Part shown: positions 1 to 9,732 of the stretch, piece after piece | Layout: every line of letters starts with the position of its first letter | How positions within the stretch are numbered: position 1 is the stretch's first letter | From: Hydrurus foetidus | Lineage: Eukaryota | Length of the DNA: 43,676 nt | Assembly (NCBI GenBank): GCA_900617105.1 | Contig: UYFQ01000376.1 | Location: 1-43,676 of the forward strand | Direction: 5' to 3' | Notes under the pieces: generated by a model | Told to the model about the DNA's origin: nothing | The model's database searches: none | What the model saw: only the letters and a program-made list of their open reading frames with translations | Position numbers and translations under genes: made by a program

Positions 1-61
1 TGGTGTCTTCATTACATCGGAAGGTCTACGTTGTTTTACAATAGCAAGCGTACGTCACCCT

Positions 62-3000
62 ATGCAACTCATGCATGATCACGGAAAGGAAATAGTTCGT
101 GGATTTTTATCCAATGGTGTCTATGTATATAAGGGTCCTGATGATAATTACAATAATGGACCAGTCAATAATACAGTCCAAGTTCCTATTATAAATCCGA
201 CATCTCCAATGCCTATATCCAATCAAAATATCCCTCTTAATAAGTCTATTCATAAGACGACTACAATACCATTACAATTATACCTGACTCAGTTTAAACC
301 TGTTTCATTGTATGATCATGTACATATGGTAACCGGACATCCCGGTAATGCAGGCATGGCCTGGCATCTCAAAAATTCCACGGGAGCAAAATACTCCGAG
401 GAAGATGCGTCCAAACAACGGGGTGCATGCAAAGGTTGTGTATACGGTACGATGCATCAAACACCTACCGATCACAGACGAGAGCATCGCGATCTTCCTA
501 ATAAACCTGGACAATGTTTCACACTCGATGCTTATTCTCATACTTCATATTCCACACGTGGATACAAGTATTGTGATATATACACTGATATAGCTACACG
601 TCGTAGTTATCCAGTATTCACCAAAGATAGATCAGCACATGAATTATGTGAACAAAGCAATAAACTATTCTGCCAACACCCAGAATGGCAATATGTTCAT
701 GATACTGACACTCGTCGGTTCATTCGAGTAGACCCTGAACGCAACTATAAATCGTTCGAGTTCCTCGCATTCGCCTCCTCCAAGGGTTACAGCCTCGAAC
801 GTACACCGGCACGTGACAAACATGCTGGCGGTATTGCTGAGCGCGCAGTTGGCCACATTGTTGCCAAAACTAACGTCGCAATGTTAAGCCCTGATATTCC
901 TGTGCCTCAATCATTCTGGGATTTAGCTATGAAGTATGCATGTGACACAGCATCATACAATTTCAGTACTGTCATAGGAACTTCACCATACATGAAAATA
1001 ACAGGCCAACCAATAAATATCAAATATTTGCAACCGTTTTGGGCATCATGTTATGTGTTTATACCACTAGCAGACAGAGTTAAGTTGGGTAGTCGCCGAG
1101 CATATAAAGCTCGATTTGTCGGTTATTCCAACACATTTCTCTTGTTTCCCAATTACTTTGTACTGCCATATTCAAATGGTCAGTACGGTAAAGTACGTGA
1201 AAGTAAAGATGTCATCTTTGATCCATCCATAGACTTTAAGATCTATGTTGATGACGAAGAGCCTTATGACCGTGAATTTGTTAATACAGATCACTATGTC
1301 CCTTTCCTACATCGACCAGCTGCTCCTCTCGAATTACAAGGAGAATTAGCTGAACCACATGTTGAGATAGTCGAAGATACTTTTGAACCTGACTTTCCTG
1401 AACGGTCTCAAGTCCTTGCTCCTCCATGTGAAAAAGAACAACATACACCAATACCATCTGAAGATGTCAATAACAAAAATATTAATATTATCAACATGCC
1501 ATACACTGATGATCAAAATAAACCAGTCTATTGGTATAGTCTTCAAGTAAAGAATGATGAATATGCAAAAGTAATGTGTGAATCACAGCATTATTCAAAA
1601 TTAGGTGTACCACTTGATCCTAGAATTCCTAAATCTTTTAAACAAGCTATTCAAATTCCAGCGTGGAAAATAGCCATTGATAAAGAATGTGAGAAATTCG
1701 CCAAAAATGATTGCTTTATTGTTGTTCCTTTTAATGGTCAACAATTAGTATCAATGCTATGGCTTTTTAGTATTAAAACTGATGGTACTTTTAAAGCTAG
1801 ACTTGTTGGCCGTGGTGATCTAATGCAACCTTGGGTTCATTTCCATCCAGACCAAGTATATTGTGGAAATGTTTGTGCTTGTTCTATTAAGATTTGCCTT
1901 GCTATCGCTGCAAAATATAAACTCACAATGCGGGGTGGCGATTTAGAAGGTGCTTATTTAGTAACACGTGCAAATAAAGATTACCCAATATTTATAAGAA
2001 CTCCTGAAGGATATAAAATACCTTTCGGAATGTGCATACAATCCATTGGCAATTTATACGGAACTCCAACAGCCGGTCAAAATTTTAGTATAGAATTTGA
2101 CAAATGTGTAATGGAGTGTGGATATCAAAATACACCATGGGATTTGAAATTATTTTACAAATGGATCGATGACAGAATACTATTGTTAATGGCTCATAGT
2201 GATGATTTCCGATGGTTTGGTGATTTAAAAGATATTGCAGAATGGGATTTACTGCTCAAAAGTTTTAATAACCATAAATACAAAGTAACTGACTGCACTG
2301 ACAAAGAATTTGTAGGCATTCGTATTACTTGCGATGAAAACTTTAATTATTTCATTGATCAAACAAGAATGGTAGAAGACATTATCGATGGAATTGGAAT
2401 GAAAAACGCTAAAGACGAAACATTGCCATACCCATTAGATAAACTTAGTTTATCAAAATTAGATAATGCAACTCCAGCACAATTATCAGAATGCAGTAAA
2501 TTTCCTTACCGACGAATCGTGGGTCAATTAATGTACGGTGTAGTACATACTTTGGTTGCCATAATGTACGCACTCAATGTATTATCCCGCTATGGTAATA
2601 ACCCAGGTCCTCGTCATATTGAATTTGCTAAACATTTACTAAGATATGTTAAATATTCGAAGAATGATCGATTAATGTTTAAAACTCATGATGGACCACG
2701 AGACATTTCAACAATGACAAGAATATTGCAATTAAGATTTTAATGTGATGCAGACCTTGCTGGTAATCCTGACACTCTACATTCGCAAACCTCATACCTT
2801 GGGTATTTGGGTGACGCATTAATATGTTGGTGTTCAACAGATCAAGGTAGTATATCAACATCTACAGCAGAATCAGAAATAAAAGCAGTTAATCACACAT
2901 TAAAATGTGAAGTCATTGCGAATCGTGGTATGTTAAATCAAATGGGTTGGACACAATCTCCAACAGATATTGAAGAAGACAATAAAGCATGTGTGAATGC

Positions 3001-3179
3001 TTCAGTTGTAACACATATGACAAGAGGTTTACGTCATCTTGACCTAACAGAAAACCTCTGCCGAAAATAATTCAGATATTGGAACAAAACGAGTCACAAA
3101 ACAAACATTTGATAAGTTGACTAATGAGATAATTGATAAATCTTTACGTGTCGTAAAACAAAAAAATAACTCTAAGTAG
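62..3179 (+). pseudogene. pol: Copia-1 pol (integrase-RT-RNase H), 5'-truncated by the window edge and disrupted
   Basis: Integrase HHCC (HVHMVTGH...CKGC) and D-D-E (TLDAY, RVDPE, IAERAV) precede RT (FKARLVGRG, DLEGAYL, LYG, HSDD) and RNase H (CDADLAG, STAESE, EEDN): Copia domain order. In-frame TAA at 2741-2743 (ORF 2807-3070 is in the same frame); frameshift near 3060, then NSDIGTK to TAG at 3177-3179. Confidence 0.9.
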
Positions 3180-3447
3180 TGTTTCTATAAAAAATAAATA
3201 AAAAAGATAAAAATAAAAAAATAAAATAAAAATACAAGTTAAGACGTTCAAAATAAAAGTTACAAGCGATTTTAAGTTTATAAATAATATGAACTTTTCG
3301 GTTTCAAAGATTTCAAGACCAAGACGATGGAGCTCAAGATACCACTTTCTCATTCATATGGCTTCGCCATTTTGTAGAATAGTTTAATATTGTAGTATTT
3401 ATGAAGTCTAATGATATCAATTGATTCAAAAGACGAATTGAAAATTC

Positions 3448-3489
3448 CGGGGTGTGTCCGATAATCGATTAATGATTACGGGGTGTGTC
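3448..3489 (+). other. Duplicated PPT/LTR-start-like motif of Copia-1
   Basis: CGGGGTGTGTC at 3448-3458 and 3479-3489, downstream of pol; resembles the AGGGGTG|TG PPT-LTR junction of Copia-B. The 3' LTR end cannot be defined because no partner LTR is in the window. Confidence 0.5.
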
Positions 3490-4007
3490 AGCTTATATCA
3501 GCGATAAGTGTTATTTATAGCTGTATATAGCCGTTATAATCATCAATATGTAGCTAGGAATATCTCATACGTAAGTACATATATGCAGTTCATAACTACA
3601 TACAATGATCACTTTAAGTCGCTTCCTCAATGCTTATCGTATCATGTATAGTGTCATTGTTGTGGGTTCATGACCGCATATTTAGTATAGATTCCAGATT
3701 TTATGGTATGAGGGTACGAGAACTTTTCCATGTGTGATGTATGGTTTGAAGTATATCTCGTCGCTCGTCAACGTAGGCTTATATCTACGAGTTCAAATTC
3801 AAATCTGAAATGGATGACGAATGAGATCTTATTGACTTGCGGCAGGTAGAATGATGTTCATCATGCAACGTCTTTTCAATTCGCATGTGTTTAGTTTCTA
3901 GTTCTTAACGAATATTCGATACTCAACTCCCAAACTTCTTCGCCTGGTCGCTTGTGCTCTTGGCCTCCTGCGACCTCATTGATCGTCCCTGATCAACTGA
4001 CACTGTT

Positions 4008-4686
4008 CCTGAAGGTGACGATATGTTCCCTCTTACCTTGCCTCATGGATCCGTCCTTACTCTTCTGCTCGTGTTAATTGTACTCTTGCAGTGACTCGTC
4101 TCCACCGTACATGTGTGTGAGGTGGGTCCTCTTGATAAGTGTCCACAGTAGAACACAATCCAGGATGTCATATGCGGTCTTGAACTCTTCCTCCTCTCTC
4201 ACCCTACTCTGTGATAGTAGCGACATACGCTTCCACATCATGGGGTAAATCGTACGTTCGTTCTCACGTTGTCTTTTGACGTCCCTCTTCCCTTGAATAT
4301 AGTCGTCCTCCTTAAATTTCGCTCTCGAGCGTTCCGACGCTTTTCGTCTTCTCTCATTTCTTGCCAGTCTGGCGGCGACACAAGCAGGTTTCGCAGCGGT
4401 GTACGCTACGGCCTCTGGGTCAGGCGCTGGCTGTGGTTGACCGTCGACCCTGTCGTCGTCTTCCTCGTCAGAGCTGGAGCTCTCCGACGATGAATTAGTC
4501 CCTGTAGGAAATTCTCGGGAGCTTATATTTCACGTTGGTGGTGGAGAACATGCCCACTATCCCGCATAGTTCGGTTACGATCGTCTGCATGTGCTCTCTC
4601 CATCTGATGATGTTGTTGTGTTTGCCGTATTGAAGCGCACTCTCCTCTGTACTTTTGAAAGCTTCCGCGGCGCGTTTGGGAGGCAT
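4008..4686 (-). pseudogene. gag: Copia-A gag fragment (3'-truncated)
   Basis: MPPKRAAEAFKSTEESALQYGKHNNIIRWREHMQTIVTEL... aligns with Copia-C gag (16671) and Copia-B gag (9733); similarity continues to MRQGKREHIVTF near 4010; contains stops/frameshifts. Confidence 0.85.
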
Positions 4687-4710
4687 TGAAATGCCTGCGA
4701 CAGTCAATTA

Positions 4711-4898
4711 AGTTAACGGATCTTCGATTCGGCCGACATGTACGTGGCTTGGTGTACAGCAGTTGAAGAACGCTCAGTCAAGGCTCGTGAAATAAGCTTT
4801 GTGTTGTCAGTAATCACTTGTTAATTGACTGTGCTTCATCCCTGCTAAAGTCTCCGAGTCCCTTTCAACGCAACAACAAAAGACATTCCTACTCTACA
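4711..4898 (-). repeat. Copia-A 5' LTR, 3' (R/U5) piece
   Basis: Minus strand shares GAAGCACAGT(C/AT)AATTAACAAGTGA and a similar end (GATCCGTTAACT vs GATTCGTCAACA) with the Copia-C LTR; lies 24 nt upstream of the gag ATG, as in Copia-C. Confidence 0.8.
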
Positions 4899-4902
4899 CT
4901 TG

Positions 4903-5099
4903 TGTGGTCTCACTGAGGCCTTGGCAGGAACGAGAATCCGGACGGCGGAGGGCAAAGGTGAAGTGGCTGTGGAACGATGCTAAATGGTAGCAATGTGATT
5001 AGCTTACAGATAAGCACAGCAGATATAATGCAACAAATTGTATGGATCGGATCATCCTCGATCCGAACCGTGCGTACGTTTGTACCCGAACACGGTACA
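4903..5099 (-). repeat. Gypsy-F 3' LTR
   Basis: Direct repeat of 8977-9205, adjacent to PPT; lacks ~27 nt near its U3 start. Confidence 0.9.
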
Positions 5100-5311
5100 G
5101 TGCCCCCTCCTCAAAGAAGAAGCTGGATTTGTCTTTATGATAAATACTAAACTACGTGTAAGTCTATGGTAAGTAACAACAATTATGTTAGACTCAATAA
5201 TAATAATAATAAAAATTATTGCCTACTGACTAAACCTCCTAAAGCATCTCGGATGAGACGCAAAAAAATGGGCGGAATCATCAGTGATATTGTTGTTATC
5301 TTTGTGTCTTT

Positions 5312-5599
5312 TTAGACATAGTCTGACCTGAATTCTCTTGGAATTAGGTGACGTAGATTCTTACTTATAAGAAAATTGTGTAGTTTGTCCGTTTTTCTCA
5401 GACTTCGCCACGGTTCCCAGGTATTACTCTCTGAGGGATAATTGAGCCATTTGACCTCAAATTCTAATGCTCCATAAGATGAAATATTTCCCCTCATATC
5501 TATGATCTCTTCGATGAAGAATTCTAAATAATCTCGACGTGCTTCATCTGTTGGATCAGTGTGCAGTGGATTAAATAAGAAAGTTTTTAATTGTGACAT
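5312..5599 (-). pseudogene. Gypsy-F integrase C-terminal chromodomain
   Basis: EFFIEEIIDMRG...LEFEVKWLNYPSESNTWEPW is a typical chromodomain signature. Confidence 0.88.
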
Positions 5600-7165
5600 G
5601 TGGTATCTACATATGTGCCTACCTCGAAATGTGTTATATTCGGGTTTTGTTTTTCATTGTGTTCGTCATCAGATTCCTTAAGGAGTCTTGCCGCAATTCT
5701 AATAAGATCACTTTGTATCTTTATTATATTTGTTGATGAAATCGTGATATTTTCTGGGATGAGGTTAATTTCTCCTCTTGGAATTAAAATTCCTTCATCC
5801 ATATTAATGGCATTTCCATAGAAGATTTGTGCCGGTGAAATTTTTGTTCTATCATTAATTGTTGTTTTTAATATACGTTGAACAAATGGTAGAATTTCTT
5901 GATAGATTTCTGTTGTTGATCTGTCATACGTATATGCTCGAATATGCCGGTTAACTTCCTTATTCATTCTTTCCACAATTGAATTGTGTTCCGAAGAATA
6001 GGCGAGAATTTTCTGGTGGACTGTGCCTGCGAGTTTTGTAAATTCTTCAATAACGTGGTTGGTAAAGTGAGGGCCGTTGTCAGATCTAAGGAATCTTGGA
6101 GACCCATATCTACCGACGTGTTCCAATAATGCTGTGCATGCCATGCCGCCTTAGCGGTAGCGTCTTTTGTTGCGTATAGTTCGACGAATCGTGTAAATAT
6201 TTCAATCATGACTAGAAGGTATCCTTTATCAGGAAATTGTCCAATAAAATCTATGTTGAGACATTTCGTTGGTTTGTATGTTGAAGTAGTATACGTGTAA
6301 GAGATTACTGGTTCTTTTACCGTAGACATCTTACGGCAACAAGGGCAATTATTGACGAAAGTTTTTACTGCCTCTTTCATGCCCCGCCACACTTCCTTCT
6401 TCGCTTTTAGGTTTCGTAACGTACGTTGTACACCACCATGTCCGACCGTTGCGTTATGGCAACTTCCAATGAGTTCATATTGCTCATTTGTCGTTAATTG
6501 TTTAACATGTAACATCGCGTCCGGATTTCTTTTACATTCTGTTTAAACATAGGCGTGACATCGCGTCTGCAATAACGTTTTCTCTACCTATCCCAATAAC
6601 GGTTTTTCTAATAACGGTACGTAGCCTATCGTATAACCCAATTCCTGCAGGGCGACTCACCATCTGCCAACCATTTTACTCTTGTCTTTTTCAATAAAGG
6701 TAAGATTCTTATGGTCCGTGAGAATTGTAAATCTACGATCTCGTAGTAGTGCGTCGAGGTAAGTACAACAATAATAGAGCGCGAAGGCTTCTTTCTGTAT
6801 TGTTGATCACTTCAGTTGACGAGTTGTTTCTTTCCGTCGACTTCCTGATACAAGTAACCTCCAATATCGTAATCTGACGCATCAGTCATTAAGGTTATTG
6901 CGGCTGTATCGTGTATGAAATACAGCAAGGGGCTCTCCGCAATTCGTTGCTTAATCATATAGAATGCGTCAGGTGCTGTGTCAGTCCATATACAGTAAGC
7001 AATGTTTGCTTTTTGGATGCGTGTAAAGGAGCAACTACATTCGAGTGGTTCGGTACATGATCCCTAGAAGAATTCGTGAGTCCGAGAAACGACCTCAGTT
7101 CTGTCGTCTTTCTTGGCATCGGAAAGTCGGTCACGCCTTTTATCCTTTTGGAACTCACCCCGTAA
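5587..7165 (-). pseudogene. pol: Gypsy-F RT end, RNase H and integrase (frameshifted)
   Basis: ELRSFLGL; TDASD and FTILTDHKNL visible in the minus-strand DNA; HNATVGHGG...CPCC, LNIDFIG, LRSDNGPHF, NSIVERMNKE; homologous to Gypsy-E pol. Confidence 0.88.
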
Positions 7166-7289
7166 CAAAAATCGAAATCCCCCGAAAAAGGGAAGTGTGT
7201 TAGAAGATGTGCATCGATTTCAAAATATTTGTGACCGAGCCGTTTCCATTCGATCCCCATGAGGGATTCGGACCACATTTTGTGCGAGT

Positions 7290-8436
7290 TGTTGCAATGC
7301 TCGTTCATGTGGAAGCGGCAATTGTAACGGTTGTGTCCGCTGCGTTAACAGGTGTGGCACAGCTTGGTGTTGCGGTCAAGGCCGGGGTAACGTCTTTGTG
7401 GCCTCCAAGAATTTCATCCCGAGTGCGTTTTCTGCTGGAAGCTTTTTGTAAAATGCTTTGCAGATTTCTTTCTCGCGCTCAGGTGTGAGGTCGATTCGGT
7501 CTGGGTAGTACAGACTGATGATCTCCTTAAACCGAGTGATCGATGCCTCTTCGACGGATGCGTCAGCGAAGTCGTATGCAAACTTGTATGCTCTGATCTT
7601 CTTATTGCAATCATAGGTCGTATTGGACGTCCGTGTTGCTTGTGAGAAGCAGGCAGTCAAGTATTTCACAATTTGTCGGATCGATAGGGTGACCCCGCGG
7701 ATTACTGGCCAAGTGGAATATTCGGGTTGGGTGTACCCAAGGACCGCCTGAGTCTGAACCTCTGGTAATGATCTGCTGTGTTTTGAAATTGGGCAGGTTG
7801 GCTTGATCGTGGAATGCTTGGATGGTAGTCTGTTTAGCTTCATCATATTGATGAGTGTACGGTGTTGCTGGTAATTCTCGTGATAAGACTGAGGTATCAC
7901 TCTGCTCATTGTCGACGCGTCTGCGTGCAGCCTCTGTTGTTTTAATTTCAACGCGGCGCTTGTCGGAGTAGGCTTCGGAGTAGAGATGGTCTTTTTAGAC
8001 GCATCTTCCTTAGACTCTTTTGTTGATGCAGGTTTTAACTGCACTGCTTTCTTTGTCTTTTGTGGGACGATGATCTTTTTTCTTGTGGAAATCTTTTTTG
8101 TTTGTCTTGGCGGAGACTTAGTCTCGCGCTTGTCAGGAGAAGTGGACTCGACTGATTCGTCTGACGATCGATCGTCCTCATCAGACACTGACTCGGCGAC
8201 TTTAACGTTGTCGTCGTCGTTGTCGTCGATTTCTTCGTCGTTTTCGATGTCATGATGGATTTGTCGATGGCTTGTCTGACCATGATGGATTTGCTTCTAG
8301 CAATGTTATCTGCTTTCATTTTCTCCTCGGCTTTCCGTGCCTTGCAGATGCTAAGCATTGTTGCGCTTGGTAGGCCGAGGGAAGTAATATTGACTCCTGG
8401 GGAGGCTGATTTGTCTAGGATATCTTGAGCTTCCAT
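7290..8436 (-). pseudogene. gag: Gypsy-F gag (frameshifted)
   Basis: Overlapping ORFs 8035-8436 and 7376-8188 downstream of the 5' LTR, followed by a Cys/His knuckle-like stretch (CYNCRFHMNEHC) near 7330; weak similarity to Gypsy-E gag. Confidence 0.65.
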
Positions 8437-8976
8437 TGTCTTCGTCTTCGCTACGTTAATGGTCGATACTTCATTGAAGGGACCGCGACGGAACTCGGAC
8501 GCGGTGGTTTTGGAAAGAAGAAGGATAAGTTGAACTTTTGTGAAGACTGGTAGGTGTAGAGTGGAGTAGCAGGAAAAAAAGGATTGGAATGGTTTGGTCA
8601 GTTTCGAGAGGAAATTGACGAGAATTTCGGGAGGAAATTTCTCGGCGAGGCGTGCGGAGCGTTGCTATTGGGTCTTTAAGTAGCACTTTCGATGCTGAAA
8701 GCTACTACTGGCGTATCGGCTTCCGTGTGACGAAAGTTTTCGATGGGATTTCTTGATTTCGCGAGGAATCGCTGAGATCGAGCTTCGTTAAGACGAAGAG
8801 ATAGAGGCTGTCGCTTTGCGAATCAACTCTCTATATGGTCTAATAGACGTTTCTGTTACAAAAAGCTATTGACAATCTCTGTTCGCTTATAAAATTAGTC
8901 GGCTAGCGGTTTGGGAAATCTTGAGTTGGTAATCGGCTTTCTTCTCGAAAGGCTGCCTGATTCCAAGAAAGCTTAC

Positions 8977-9205
8977 TGTGGTCTCACTGAGGCCTTGGCA
9001 GGAACGAGAATCCGGACGGCGGAGGGCAAAGATGAAGTTGCTGTGGAACGATGCTAAATGGTAGCAATGTGATCTGCTGTGCTTACAGATAAGCACAGCA
9101 GATATAATGCAACAAATTGTATGGATCAGATCGTCCTCGATCCAAACCGTGCGTACGTTTGTACCCGAACACGGTATACCCAGTATACTCGGTGTACGGG
9201 TCACA
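8977..9205 (-). repeat. Gypsy-F 5' LTR
   Basis: Direct repeat of 4903-5099; bounded by TSD CTTG. Confidence 0.9.
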
Positions 9206-9209
9206 CTTG

Positions 9210-9348
9210 TAGTACCGAGCCGAAGCACGGGTCTATTCATCGTCGTCACGCATGCACGTACACACACACACACACACACACTAATCCGTACGTCCGTACG
9301 AACGCATAAGTACACAGATTGTGTTTATGTCATAAACTAAGATATCTC
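9210..9348 (-). repeat. Copia-A 5' LTR, U3 piece (contains a (CA)n tract at ~9259-9281)
   Basis: Minus strand GAGATATCTTAGTTTATGACATAAACACAATCTGTGTACTTATG...CGTACGGATTAGTG aligns with the start of the Copia-C LTR (GATATATCTGAGTATATGACACGTACACAATGCGTGTACTTATG...CGTACGGTTTAGTG). Confidence 0.8.
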
Positions 9349-9706
9349 TGTTGGAGTTTCGCTGTGTGGTGAACTGCCTCTTGTAGAATGTAGGACCGTC
9401 CGGTCGTTTCGTAAGTGTGTGTGTACAACACGAAGTGTAGATCATTGATGCGTGCATGAAGAGGGTTTCATGCCGGCAACACAACTCGAATCTCGATGGT
9501 CTGTTTTAGTTCTTCTAGAGTAGCTAGAGTACGTTGACGTTTGTAAACTTCGTGGCTGGCCGAACAGGGACGACAGGCACAAGTTAAATTATCAGTTGGT
9601 TGGAATCTTGAGATCTTTCCATTTCACGGGTCTTGCAGAGTTTTCGTACTGTTACCGCGTACTTCAAGTAATACGCGGGGCGCTTGCGAATACGAAAAAC
9701 ACAACA
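9349..9706 (+). repeat. Copia-B 5' LTR (358 bp)
   Basis: TGTTG...CAACA termini; near-identical to 13945-14274 plus 16325-16356. Confidence 0.95.
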
Positions 9707-9732
9707 TGATTTAAATTTCCAGGCAGTCGAGA

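Larger units (their letters stand above)
4903..9205 (-). mobile_element. Gypsy-F: Ty3/Gypsy chromodomain LTR retrotransposon, internally deleted
   Basis: LTRs 4903-5099 and 8977-9205 (TG...CA), 4-bp TSD CTTG at 4899-4902 and 9206-9209, PPT GAGGAGGGGG on minus at ~5103-5112; gag, RT-end/RNase H, integrase and chromodomain remnants; protease and most of RT missing. Confidence 0.92.
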
